A stretch of DNA of 64,000 bases, taken from contig JBEPZY010000001.1 of NCBI GenBank assembly GCA_041640595.1, positions 160,001 through 224,000 on the forward strand. The letters are read 5' to 3'. This stretch comes from Gemmatales bacterium. GTDB lineage: Bacteria > Planctomycetota > Planctomycetia > Gemmatales > HRBIN36. Positions 30,677 through 40,637 of the stretch are shown one piece after another. Within the stretch, counting starts at the first letter, position 1; every line of letters begins with the position of its first letter. The notes beneath the pieces are model-generated. The model was not told the DNA's origin. It saw only the letters and a list, made by a program, of their open reading frames with translations, and did not search any database. Made by a program: the position numbers and the translations under genes.

Positions 30677-31733
30677 GGCAACAGATTATACGATAAACCA
30701 CAGGTCTGACCATCCGACGCCTGCCAGTGCGGCAGCGGTAGAAAATCACCGATCCGGTCCGCGACAGTCCGCTCCTGTAACCTCGGTGCAACCAGGAGGC
30801 GGCTGGTGTATGCGTCTGGAGCTGGCCTGGGGCAAAATACGCCGCGCCTGGTTACGCTGGTTCCGCCCGAATTACGTTGCCCGCATGCAGGAACAGCGTC
30901 GAGGCAGTTGCCCGAACTGTCCCCATGACGTCGTGGACTACCGCGACCTGAAATACTACCGCAACGTCTGCGGTTGGAGCTTCGACGAGGAAGACCGTTA
31001 CACTCGACCGGGGCGATTACCGTTCGCGCCGCTGGGACACGCAGAAATTGCGGTGAGCGGATTGCTGGCCGCCAGTGTTCTGGGCATAGCCATCCTCGGC
31101 TGGCAATGGTGGCACTGGCCGGGCTGGCTGACCGCTTCGCTTGCGTTCCTGGCCGTGGTAGCCTGGGGCCAGGCCATTTACTTTTTCCGCGACCCCGAAC
31201 GCACCATTCCGCAGGAACCGGGTGTGCTGGTAAGTCCCGCCGATGGTCGGGTGACTCACGTGGAGATCGTGAACGAAGCTGATTTCCCCGAAGGCAGGGC
31301 CCTGCGGATCAGTATCTTTCTCTCCATCTTTGACGTGCACATCAACCGCTCTCCGTGTGCTGGGCGAGTGATGGGCCGACAGTATTTTCCGGGCCGGTTC
31401 GGCAACGCTCTTTTCGACAGCGTCGCGGCGGACAACGAACAGTTCTGGACTGATTTCCAGGAGGCGGAAACCGGCCAGCGAGTGCGGGTGAAGCAGATTG
31501 CCGGAGCCATTGCCCGACGTATCGTCTGCTGGTTACGCGCGGACGAGCAGGTCGAGCGGGGTCAGCGAATCGGATTGATCAAATTCGGTTCGCGCACGGA
31601 CCTGCTGGTCCCGGCAGATGGGACATGGACGGCTTGTGTTCGGCCTGGCGATCGCGTTCGGGGAGGCAGCAGTATCCTTGTGCGCCGGCAACCCCTTTCC
31701 AGTCCGCAGGGCCAGGGCGAACCGCGGCCGTAA
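30675..31733 (+). CDS. psd: Phosphatidylserine decarboxylase proenzyme with N-terminal extension
   Basis: FFRDPER, VSPADG, DVHINRSP, QIAGAIARRI, KFGSRTD autocleavage motif; start at 30675 or 30810. Confidence 0.88.
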   Translation: MATDYTINHRSDHPTPASAAAVENHRSGPRQSAPVTSVQPGGGWCMRLELAWGKIRRAWLRWFRPNYVARMQEQRRGSCPNCPHDVVDYRDLKYYRNVCGWSFDEEDRYTRPGRLPFAPLGHAEIAVSGLLAASVLGIAILGWQWWHWPGWLTASLAFLAVVAWGQAIYFFRDPERTIPQEPGVLVSPADGRVTHVEIVNEADFPEGRALRISIFLSIFDVHINRSPCAGRVMGRQYFPGRFGNALFDSVAADNEQFWTDFQEAETGQRVRVKQIAGAIARRIVCWLRADEQVERGQRIGLIKFGSRTDLLVPADGTWTACVRPGDRVRGGSSILVRRQPLSSPQGQGEPRP

Positions 31734-31841
31734 GCGATCGGGCTTGCGATTTTAGTCCGGTTAGGCTTTAGTACGCCAGCAAGACCAACCCGGTGAATGC
31801 TGCGGACAAAATCGTCCACGTGCAAGGGAGCGGCGTATTCC

Positions 31842-34800
31842 ATGAAACTGCGCTGGCTGTTTCGGGCTGGGTTGCTGGCATTGCTGGTGGCGATCGGCTG
31901 GCTGGTCTGGTCGCTGTGGTGGCTGCGCGATCCGGAAACGTTGCGGCAACAGGTCGTGGAGTTGCTAGCGCAGCGGTTACCGCAAGCGGCAGTGAGCGTG
32001 GGACGGGTGGAGTTAAGCGGTCTGGCCCGTGTCACGCTGGAAGATGTCGCTTTGCATCCCCGCTCCAGTGGCGATCCGGCAGGGGGTCTGCAGATCCCGC
32101 GCATGGTGGTGTATCTGGATCGGCTGCAATTGGCGCGGGGCCGAATCGTTCCGACACAAATCCTCCTGCAACAACCGGTACTGCAATTGCGGCGGGAATC
32201 ATCCGGACAGTGGCATTATCAGCATTTACTGCCCCGCCTGGGTGGAGACCAGTCTGGGCTGGAACAATTGCGCTGGGAGCAGGCGACGCTGGAAATTACC
32301 GACGAGCAGTTGCACGAGCGTCTGCGTTACGAAATCGAGCAGGGACAACTGACACTCCAGCCGGATGACAGCTGGCAGTACCAGTTGCAGGGGACACTCA
32401 GCTGGGGAGGTCGGCTGACGGTGCGAGGGAACTGGAAACCGCCAGCGGCTGGTTCTGCGGCAGACTCGTTCGGCCAGCTGACCGCTTCCTGGCAACTGGA
32501 TGACGTGCCCATCACACCGGAATGGCAGGCACGCCTGATTCGTCTGACCGGGGTCAAGGAGATCGAGTCCTGGCAAATCAGCGGCTGGCTGGGCGCCAGT
32601 GGTGAATTCGCCTATCGGGGCGACCAGAAAAGGCACGAGCAGCCGCTGCGATTGTTTTTGCGTGGGGTAACCCTGGCGCATCCGCGGTTGCCCGAACCGA
32701 TCTACGCGTTGCGTGGCCAGTTGCAGTTGACTGGCCGGCAGGTGCGGATCGAGGAAGTGTCGGGGCAATGGCTGGGGGCGCAATTGCAGGTGCACGGACA
32801 ATGGGACGGCTGGGACTTGCAGGCGGATGGTTTGGTGCAGGCACGACTCGAACCGCTCACTGTCAGCCCGGCCCTGTACGACAAACTGCCCCCGGCCCTG
32901 CGGAAGATTTGTTACGTCTTTTCTCCCGATGGGCGTCTCCATTTGCAGGTGGAGTATGGTCGTGAGTCCGGGCAAACGCAGGTGCACATCCTGGCCAGGC
33001 TGCAAGGGATGAACCTGTCCTTCGACGATTTCCCTTACCCGGTTCGGCAGGCGATAGGTGAACTGGAGTATCGGGAATCCGCCGGCCAGACGCCACGATT
33101 GCGTGTGGATATAACGGGGCAGGCCAACAGCCGACCGGTTCAATTGCGAGGGGAGGCCTACGGTGATGGATTGCGGCCGGAAGTTCCGTGGCGGTGTGGC
33201 TTGCGGCTGGACCTGGATGCCGAAGCGATCCCAATAGACGAAACATTGCTCAAAGCGTTGCCGCCAAGAGTCCAGCCGGTAGCCCGCGACTTTCGTCCCG
33301 GCGGTCTGGTAAGCGTTCACGCCGAGATTCGCCGCGATCCGGGCATGGCTGAACATCCTTTCCCGCCCACGTTTACCCGGATTCAGGCGCAAATTCAGCA
33401 GGGCCAGGTCTGCTACAAGAGGTTGCCGTATCCGCTGGAGCAGGTGCAGGGGATGTTGGAAATAGACCTGCCTGCCGAGCGCTGGCGGGCCAGCGGTTTT
33501 GTCGGACGCCACAAAGACGGTCTGGTGTTTGTGACGGCCCAGGGCGAACCTTCGCCGCGCGGCGAAAAGGTTTCCCTGGTCGTGCAGGGACAGCACGTGG
33601 CTCTCGATGAGGAATTACGCGACGCCCTGCCGGAGAAAATGCAACGAGTCTGGAACGAACTCCAGCCAAAAGGTCGTGCCGATTTCCTTGCTCAACTGAA
33701 CTGGGTGGGTGAACAACCGCCGGAGCTGGACCTGACCGTGACCGCTCGCGGTCAGTGCAGCATTCAGCCGCGTTTCTTCCCCTATCGGCTGGAGCAGTTG
33801 CATGGGTCGGCCCGTTATAAAGAAGGGCAGATTACCATAGGCCCGATCACGGCTCGCCACGGTGAAAGCCGGATTTTCCTCGGCCGCGAGCAGATCGGTG
33901 GCGTGCTGCATCTTTGGCCGCAGGGCAGCTGGCGACTGGAACTGTATGAGCTGCGGGGCGACCTGCTCTATGTGGATAAAGATTTGCTCGCGGCTTTACC
34001 GGACGGGCTGCGGACAGTTCTGCAAAGCCTGCAACCGGATCGCCCGTTGCGGCTGGTGGTGAACCTGGAAGTGGAAAACCCACGCGGCGAAGCTGTGCAA
34101 AGCATACGCTGGAACGGCCACGCCAGTTTTGCCCGCTGCACCTGGCAGTGCGGCATCGCTCTGCGCGAGGCTACCGGTTATGTTTCCTTGCAGGGCAGCT
34201 GGCAACCGAATGCTCTGGAAGCGAAAGGGCAGGTGCAATTGCAGGAAGTCTGGGTCGGTCGCTTGCCGTTACGCGAGGTCGTGTCGGAAATGCAGATCCG
34301 AGAGGGGACGGTTTATTTTCCAGGTGTGCGAGCCAAACTCCTGGACGGACAGCTATTCGGTCCCATTCGCTACGACTATCACCCGCGCCGCGAATTCCGC
34401 CTCGACCTGACCGTGAATCAGGTGAATTTGCAGGCACTCGGGCAGCAATTGCTCGGCCAGCCCACAAAAGCACGGGGGAAGGTTTATGCCCGACTCATCC
34501 TCAGCGGTCAGCCGGGCGACTGGCCGACGTTTCGCGGCAAAGGAACGCTCAGCGTCACCGACGGGCACATCTACGACCTGCCTCCGTTTCTCAATCTGCT
34601 GACCCTGTTGAGCGGTCAACTGCCCCGCCAGGCTGCTTTCCAGGAGGTGCAGGCTCGATTTGACATCGAGGGTCGGCGGGTAATTTTCCGTCGCGTGGAA
34701 TTGCTCGGCGATGCCCTGACCCTGCGAGGCCAGGGCTCCATGCGCATAGACGGCACGGACCTCGATTTGGAAATGTACGCCCTGTTATGGGGACGCAGTC

Positions 34801-34988
34801 TGCCTCTGCTGCCGCCGGGAATTGACCGCATTCCTCCACTGATTAGCCGACAACTGGCGAAAATCCACATGCGCGGCAGTCTGCAAGAAGTAAGCGTTAC
34901 CCGGGAGCCGGTGCCCCTGGTGACCGATGCACTGCGGTTGCTGTGGCAACTCGGCCCCGGGAGACTGGAAGACAATCACGAACCGTAA
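31842..34988 (+). CDS. AsmA-like / bridge-like lipid transfer family envelope protein
   Basis: N-terminal TM anchor, long beta-rich repeats (recurring F/LPYxL/V), AsmA-like C-terminus; family assignment is an inference. Confidence 0.7.
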   Translation: MKLRWLFRAGLLALLVAIGWLVWSLWWLRDPETLRQQVVELLAQRLPQAAVSVGRVELSGLARVTLEDVALHPRSSGDPAGGLQIPRMVVYLDRLQLARGRIVPTQILLQQPVLQLRRESSGQWHYQHLLPRLGGDQSGLEQLRWEQATLEITDEQLHERLRYEIEQGQLTLQPDDSWQYQLQGTLSWGGRLTVRGNWKPPAAGSAADSFGQLTASWQLDDVPITPEWQARLIRLTGVKEIESWQISGWLGASGEFAYRGDQKRHEQPLRLFLRGVTLAHPRLPEPIYALRGQLQLTGRQVRIEEVSGQWLGAQLQVHGQWDGWDLQADGLVQARLEPLTVSPALYDKLPPALRKICYVFSPDGRLHLQVEYGRESGQTQVHILARLQGMNLSFDDFPYPVRQAIGELEYRESAGQTPRLRVDITGQANSRPVQLRGEAYGDGLRPEVPWRCGLRLDLDAEAIPIDETLLKALPPRVQPVARDFRPGGLVSVHAEIRRDPGMAEHPFPPTFTRIQAQIQQGQVCYKRLPYPLEQVQGMLEIDLPAERWRASGFVGRHKDGLVFVTAQGEPSPRGEKVSLVVQGQHVALDEELRDALPEKMQRVWNELQPKGRADFLAQLNWVGEQPPELDLTVTARGQCSIQPRFFPYRLEQLHGSARYKEGQITIGPITARHGESRIFLGREQIGGVLHLWPQGSWRLELYELRGDLLYVDKDLLAALPDGLRTVLQSLQPDRPLRLVVNLEVENPRGEAVQSIRWNGHASFARCTWQCGIALREATGYVSLQGSWQPNALEAKGQVQLQEVWVGRLPLREVVSEMQIREGTVYFPGVRAKLLDGQLFGPIRYDYHPRREFRLDLTVNQVNLQALGQQLLGQPTKARGKVYARLILSGQPGDWPTFRGKGTLSVTDGHIYDLPPFLNLLTLLSGQLPRQAAFQEVQARFDIEGRRVIFRRVELLGDALTLRGQGSMRIDGTDLDLEMYALLWGRSLPLLPPGIDRIPPLISRQLAKIHMRGSLQEVSVTREPVPLVTDALRLLWQLGPGRLEDNHEP

Positions 34989-35016
34989 AGCGTTTGCGTC
35001 CGGTTCGGTCGGGCGT

Positions 35017-35448
35017 TCACGTCGCGGATTCGACTGCGAGAATTTCGATGTCCAGTTCGAGCGTTTGGCCGGCCAGGGGATGGTTAGCGTCGAGTATGGC
35101 CGTATCGTCGGCGATCTCTTTGACCCAGAAGCGCACCCGCTGGTTGCCGATCTGGGCGCTGAGCCGGTCGCCTACCTGCACGCCTTCGGGCAGGTCTGCC
35201 AGCGGGACTTCCCGTTCCAGATGGGGATCGCGGTGACCGTAGGCCTTTTCCGGGGGAATGGTGATGGTTTTCCGCTGGCCCGGTTCCATGCCGATGACCG
35301 CTTCCGATAATCCTTCGATGACTTCGTCGCCGCCGGCGGTAAATTCGAGAGGCTCACCGCCCAGCGAGGTGCTGAAGACCGTCCCGTTCTCCAGCCGACC
35401 GGTGTAATGAATCCGCACCACATCCCCGGCATGAATTTTGTCCGCCAT
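35017..35448 (-). CDS. FKBP-type peptidyl-prolyl isomerase (SlyD-like, no His-rich tail)
   Basis: VRIHYTGRLENG, PPEKAYG, DANHPLAGQTL; AGGAG RBS. Confidence 0.92.
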   Translation of the reverse strand: MADKIHAGDVVRIHYTGRLENGTVFSTSLGGEPLEFTAGGDEVIEGLSEAVIGMEPGQRKTITIPPEKAYGHRDPHLEREVPLADLPEGVQVGDRLSAQIGNQRVRFWVKEIADDTAILDANHPLAGQTLELDIEILAVESAT

Positions 35449-35828
35449 GGGATTTCTCCTCGTCCTACACGCACCGGCTGACGGTCTGACGAAAGGGGGA
35501 ACGGGAAACCCAGCCGGCACCAGCTCACCGTTCCAGCCTCGAGCCGGCCAGCGCCGCCAACACAGCAGGTGGCGAACTCACGGTCGGGGGCTTTTTCTAA
35601 CCCGCATCATCCTGATGCCTGCTTGCACGGTGCAGATGGGGTTGGAATCGGCCTCGAGCAACCGCTTTCCTGATTCCTTCTGTGAAGCAGCGCGACGCTG
35701 ACTCTTGCTACTAGTTTACGTCTGCCCACGTGCCCCGGCAAGCCACAATTCCGGCAGCCGCAACATCGCAACCGATCCGGTCGGAATCATTCCCCTGGCC
35801 GCCCGCCAACAACATCCCCATCCGCAAT

Positions 35829-35856
35829 CAAGAGCGGCTGGCGTGAGCAGTCGTGG
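35829..35856 (+). repeat. Solitary degenerate copy of the REP-like unit
   Basis: CAAGAGCGGCTGGCGTGAGCAGTCGTGG matches the consensus ends and the left arm. Confidence 0.6.
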
Positions 35857-35915
35857 TACGCTTGGCCCTATTGCGGATTTGTTATCTCTACTCATCGGCT
35901 GGCGGTTGGCGGAGG

Positions 35916-38900
35916 CTACGCTTCGTGTAGCAAGTTCGGGAGCGTGTTTTGCTCGACGGCGCGATACAGCTTGTCAATTTCCTTCTGCAGCTCGATGGTG
36001 CGGGCGATAGCTGAGGCGATGTGAATATAGCGCACAGGATCGTCGAGGCGGCGACCTTTGCGGTCTTTGAGATATTTTTCCAGCACTTGGTAGCCGCCGA
36101 TGCGGTACTGCCACATGGGCTCGGTGATGCCCTCGAAGTATTTGTCGGCGTTGATGTACACCCGAGCTTTGGCGGCTACATACTGCACTTTCTCGATGAT
36201 GTCGCTTCCCTGACCCTGATACCTGACGCCGGCGGTGTTGCCGACTTTGCGCAACAGGTGCAGGTCGGTCAGTTGCCGGCCCAGGTCAGCCATGCGGCGA
36301 AAGAGAGCGCTGTCGGCAGTGAACGGCACCCGCGGAAAGTCTATCCGCAGCTCCTCAGCGTATTTCTGGCGATAGGTCGGGCTGTAGAAGACGGCGTAGA
36401 TATAGGCCAGCACGTCTTCCGGCGTGAGGGTGAAGCCGTAGGCGTCGCTGAGTTTGGGCAGGAGCCACTCGGCCAGGTTGGGGCGGCGTTCTTGATGGAA
36501 CGCATTCGGCGACTCGGCGGAGGGGTAGAGGTAGAGGGGGAAAAGAGATTCACTCCCTCGGTTATCTGAGCGGATAACGCCGTCTGAGATGATTTTGTCA
36601 GTCACGAAGAAGTAGGTGCATTCTTTGTCTGGCAACTGTTGTCTTCTAGTTACAAGCCCCAAATTCTCCCCGGCCAGCATGTGGCGCATGACTTCGGGGC
36701 GGGGACGTTCGATGACAGCTTCGTGGTAAAAGATGTAGCGCACGTCGAAAGGACGGTACAGGATGGGGTAAATTTTGCTCTGTGCATTGACGTCAGCCTT
36801 GACCTTTTTGCGAGCGGTGGCCAGCGACCAGCCGGGCTTGTCTTTCAGATCGTAAGCTTGCGCCAAGACTTCATCGGGCAAGCCCTGGATGTTCTCAAAT
36901 TGCAGGACCCGGTTTTCCACCTCGGTTTTATCAAAGGCAATCGCAAATCCGTCCCGCGCGGTGACGATGCCGACGCTGTTGACCGGGAAAATCTTGGTGA
37001 TTTGCGGCCATAAGAGATAGGCTTGCAGATTTTGTGTCAGGCGCGGGGTGAAGAAGTAGGAGGGCGATTCGGGCGTGATGGGCTGGTAGCCGGCGGTAGA
37101 GAGGTCGTGCGAATCGAGCCAGGCGTATTTGTCTTCGCGCTTGCCATAGAGATCGGCGTGATAAACCTGCGGCGACGAAAGATTTTTCGTCGCTGCCGAC
37201 TCGCCATACTTGACGAAGATTCCAATCGCCACGCCCTGGCGGATGTCGAAGACATTTTCGTCAGGGCTGCCATCGGGGGCGGTCTCGCGCTTCAGGCTGT
37301 TGCCGTGCAGGTCGAGGATGTAGATTTCGTCGAAGGTCTTGAGCAGGCTCTGCCGCATGCCGCGGAAGGTGGGGTTATCGAGGTAGCTGTGATTGGTGAT
37401 CATGGCGACGATGCCGCGCCCGGCCCGGTGAATCTTCCACTGAGCAAAGCGCAGGAACTTGACGTAGTCGTCCTGCAGCCATTTGGGGTTCTTCTCCCTG
37501 AGCGGCTGACCGTCCACGGTGTAGTAACTCTGCGTCCCGTCGAGGTCCCCTTTCAGCTCCTCTTCCCACAGGCCCTTATTGGCGGTGTGCCCCGAATAGG
37601 GCGGGTTGCCCAGGATGACCAGGATCGGCTCCTGTTTCTTGACGCGAGCTGCCAGATGGCTTTCCTGGGAAAGTGAGGACAGGCCGGGGATGGGGATTTG
37701 TTGCAGGTCTTTCATTTCCAGCGTGTTGGTGAGGTACAACTGAAAGCGCTCGCCGTTCCTGAGCGGTACGCCCAGGGTTTCCAGCAGAAAGCCGATTTTG
37801 ATATGGCCAATGGCATACGGAGCCATGAGCAACTCGAAGGCGTAAAAGTGCGGCAGAATGTGGCGACGGAGCAGGTTGTGTTTGCCACCCTCGCCGTACT
37901 TGCCGGTGAACTCCTCGAAAGCCAGACGGATAGCTTCCGCCGGGAAGGTCAACGTCCCGGCAGCCGGATCGAGCAGAGTAACGCGCTTATCGGCAAGGCC
38001 GTCGGGCAGATCGAAGCGCGTCTTGAGCAGGTCGTGCACAGCGCGAACGATGTAGCGCACCACCGGTAGCGGCGTGTAATACACGCCGCGACGTTCGCGG
38101 GTTTCCGGATCGTATTCAGCCAGGAAAGTTTCGTAGAAGTGCAGAACGGGATCGTCGCCCTTGCCCTGGCGATAGTATTGCAGGAGGATGGACGCCACAT
38201 CGGCCACGTGGAGCACCGCAGCGATGTCGTCCACGATCGTTTCCATCTGGGGCGAGAGTTTGCCGAGCGAAATGAAGTGAAAAACATCCCGCAGGATGCC
38301 GATCGTCGAAGGGATAAGGTTAAAGGCGAGCTTGCGGTTGAACGAACTGTCGGTGCGGGTGCGGGCGGCGAAAAGTCCATAGGTGATCGTCTGGGCATAC
38401 AGATCGGCAAACTGTTCCTGCGTCAAAGCGGCGATCAGGTATTTCTGGAAAGCATCGTAGAAACCGTACAGGTCACCGTGTTCGGCCTTGACCTGCTCCT
38501 GCAATTCGGGCAAAATCACCTGGTCGCGCAGGAAACGGGTTCGCCGGGCCAGCTCTCGAGCCAGAGATTCCGCCGTGAACGACGGTGGTAGCGCGAAGGA
38601 AAAGAAGTTTTCCAGTAGATCCATCAACTGGCGGCTCTGTTCCGGAGTGGGCCGGGACTTCTGCTTTTGTGCAGAACGGGGCAAGCGAGCGCTCTGTAAC
38701 AGCTTTCCGTCGCGGTAGAGGCGAAACTCGTAGAAATCGGTCAGGATCAGGTTGGGGAAGGTGTGGCGGTAGCGGCGGAGTTGGTCGGAACCTTCCACGG
38801 TGTCCAGTCTGGTGCCGGGCGGTTTGGCCTCGACATAGCCGATGACCTGATAAGAACCATCCCAGATGCGAAAATCGGGGCTGCCACCTTCGGTGCGTTT

Positions 38901-39056
38901 CGGAAGGACGGTAATCTGCACGGCTCTGCCCAGTCGCTGGCCCAGCTCCTGCAGAAAGTCCTGAAGGGCCGGGTAGTAGCTTTCCTCGGTGGCATCACCG
39001 CGCCGAAAAAGTTGTGCAATCGCATCCAGGTAGGATGACACTGGCTCGTTTTCCAT
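35916..39056 (-). CDS. Single-polypeptide restriction-modification enzyme (Type IIG / Type ISP-like without helicase): nuclease + N6-adenine MTase + TRD
   Basis: N-terminal PD...EAK nuclease motif, GVYYTP, LDPAAGT (motif I), NPPY (motif IV), LDLHG, ISP-like C-terminal YRPFD, DFPRVP and IGGYQVL. Confidence 0.88.
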   Translation of the reverse strand: MENEPVSSYLDAIAQLFRRGDATEESYYPALQDFLQELGQRLGRAVQITVLPKRTEGGSPDFRIWDGSYQVIGYVEAKPPGTRLDTVEGSDQLRRYRHTFPNLILTDFYEFRLYRDGKLLQSARLPRSAQKQKSRPTPEQSRQLMDLLENFFSFALPPSFTAESLARELARRTRFLRDQVILPELQEQVKAEHGDLYGFYDAFQKYLIAALTQEQFADLYAQTITYGLFAARTRTDSSFNRKLAFNLIPSTIGILRDVFHFISLGKLSPQMETIVDDIAAVLHVADVASILLQYYRQGKGDDPVLHFYETFLAEYDPETRERRGVYYTPLPVVRYIVRAVHDLLKTRFDLPDGLADKRVTLLDPAAGTLTFPAEAIRLAFEEFTGKYGEGGKHNLLRRHILPHFYAFELLMAPYAIGHIKIGFLLETLGVPLRNGERFQLYLTNTLEMKDLQQIPIPGLSSLSQESHLAARVKKQEPILVILGNPPYSGHTANKGLWEEELKGDLDGTQSYYTVDGQPLREKNPKWLQDDYVKFLRFAQWKIHRAGRGIVAMITNHSYLDNPTFRGMRQSLLKTFDEIYILDLHGNSLKRETAPDGSPDENVFDIRQGVAIGIFVKYGESAATKNLSSPQVYHADLYGKREDKYAWLDSHDLSTAGYQPITPESPSYFFTPRLTQNLQAYLLWPQITKIFPVNSVGIVTARDGFAIAFDKTEVENRVLQFENIQGLPDEVLAQAYDLKDKPGWSLATARKKVKADVNAQSKIYPILYRPFDVRYIFYHEAVIERPRPEVMRHMLAGENLGLVTRRQQLPDKECTYFFVTDKIISDGVIRSDNRGSESLFPLYLYPSAESPNAFHQERRPNLAEWLLPKLSDAYGFTLTPEDVLAYIYAVFYSPTYRQKYAEELRIDFPRVPFTADSALFRRMADLGRQLTDLHLLRKVGNTAGVRYQGQGSDIIEKVQYVAAKARVYINADKYFEGITEPMWQYRIGGYQVLEKYLKDRKGRRLDDPVRYIHIASAIARTIELQKEIDKLYRAVEQNTLPNLLHEA

Positions 39057-39135
39057 GCCTCATTCTTGCCCGATGGTGGTAAGCGACAAGCCGTAGCGTC
39101 AGGAGCCGGCTACGGATTCGGCGGGGGTGGCGGTT

Positions 39136-40458
39136 TTACGGGACGGGGCAGGCAATTTCGCCCCGCAGGAAACCGCTGTCGGCCGGAGCTTTGTAGCGAA
39201 TGTCCAGCTCCGGTGTGGCGATGCGTTGTCCTTTGCGGAAATGGCTCTCCATCAGAAAATCCAGGGCCCCGCTGGTCAACAGCGTCCGCTCCACTGGATA
39301 AGGTGGCTTGCGGCTGACCAGGAGTTTCTCGATGTTGTACACCAGGCCGTCGAAAAATTTGGAACCAGGCGGAGACGGAAGATAAAACATGCACGAAGCG
39401 GGTTTGCGCTGGCCGGTGATACGGGCGGCGAAGCAGAAATCGTTGATGTGGCCGTTGAGCAAAAGCACGGCGGCCCGGCGACCGTCGCGGTATTCGAGCA
39501 AGAAGCAGATGGGCGGAGTGCCTGGCCGACCCAGAACGGGTGTGCCGACGTTACGGCGAACGTCGCCGGGATTGAGCGTTTCGCTGCGACCCAGCGCGTG
39601 TTCGAGAAGCTCCCAACTCCACAAACCCTTATCCCCGGCCTGCCAGACCGCCTCACCGGTCAGGCAGGTCACCGCAGCAATGCCTGTCTCGCCCTCCTGT
39701 CGGCGCTCCATCATCACCTGCAGGGTCTCCAGGGCGTGGAAGCCGTACACCTCGATGGGGCCGTAGGCGGCTACCAGGGCTTCTTCGATGGGTGAATTCA
39801 GGGGCAGTTCCAGTTCCGGACGACGCCAGGTAACCGGCAGACTCGAACCCGCCAGCATCGGAATTTTCAATTCCCGCGACCAGTCGTACATCTGTTTCGC
39901 TTTCGTCCAGCTATAGGAGAGATGTTTGTCCACAAACACGGGCACCACCTGGCCGGTTTTGCGAAACACTTTGACAATTTGCTCCATCCATTCATAACGG
40001 GGATAGAGAATCTGCCCCTTTTCGTTGGTGGGATAATCGCCATGCTCGGCGATATGCAGCACGCCATCCACGACCAGTTTGCCCGTGCCCAGTGTCAACG
40101 CTTCGTCAATGCTGCGGCACAGACGGATGTTGTGTTCCTTCGCCAGTTCCCTGGCCAGATCGTTGGCGCGAAACTGATCCACGTACATGGTATGGACGTA
40201 ATGTTCCGGCACGTGGAATTTGCCCTGCAAGGGGTAGCCGAAAATAAAACGCCCCGCGATGTGGTACGAGTGCGACATAGGGCGATAGACGGTGGTCAGC
40301 ACAGCTAAAGGCTTGCGGTTGGCGGTATCCAGTCGCGGCGGGCGGGTGCGAAAGGGAATTTCCTGGCCTGCCAGTTGATGGAACGCACCAGCGCCGAGCA
40401 GGGCGGCGGTCTGACGCAAAAATTCCCGGCGACTCCAGAATCGGGGCCCCTGATGCAT
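39136..40458 (-). CDS. Tat-exported hypothetical protein, distant Gfo/Idh/MocA-like
   Basis: SRREFL leader; EHGDYP, DKHLS, GSSLPV, YGFHALE. The family link is an inference. Confidence 0.65.
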   Translation of the reverse strand: MHQGPRFWSRREFLRQTAALLGAGAFHQLAGQEIPFRTRPPRLDTANRKPLAVLTTVYRPMSHSYHIAGRFIFGYPLQGKFHVPEHYVHTMYVDQFRANDLARELAKEHNIRLCRSIDEALTLGTGKLVVDGVLHIAEHGDYPTNEKGQILYPRYEWMEQIVKVFRKTGQVVPVFVDKHLSYSWTKAKQMYDWSRELKIPMLAGSSLPVTWRRPELELPLNSPIEEALVAAYGPIEVYGFHALETLQVMMERRQEGETGIAAVTCLTGEAVWQAGDKGLWSWELLEHALGRSETLNPGDVRRNVGTPVLGRPGTPPICFLLEYRDGRRAAVLLLNGHINDFCFAARITGQRKPASCMFYLPSPPGSKFFDGLVYNIEKLLVSRKPPYPVERTLLTSGALDFLMESHFRKGQRIATPELDIRYKAPADSGFLRGEIACPVP

Positions 40459-40637
40459 GGCTTTCCTCCTGAATAGGGCGGTATCTGGTCAGGCAGAAGA
40501 CACGGCGTTTTCTGCTGAATTCCGAAGTGCGCTGCACTTGCGCGCTTTCCTGGCCAGCCCGGTCGGTTCCAGCGAGCGCGTGCGGTATATTGCCGTTGCG
40601 GGACCGGAAAAGGCCAATCCGTCCGGCGAAAAGCGGT

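Noticed and set aside
32226..33596. Long antisense ORFs (for example 456 aa here, also 3280-4326, 46192-47322, 57417-58472)
   Set aside because: Shadow frames opposite well-supported genes in GC-rich DNA, with no motifs.
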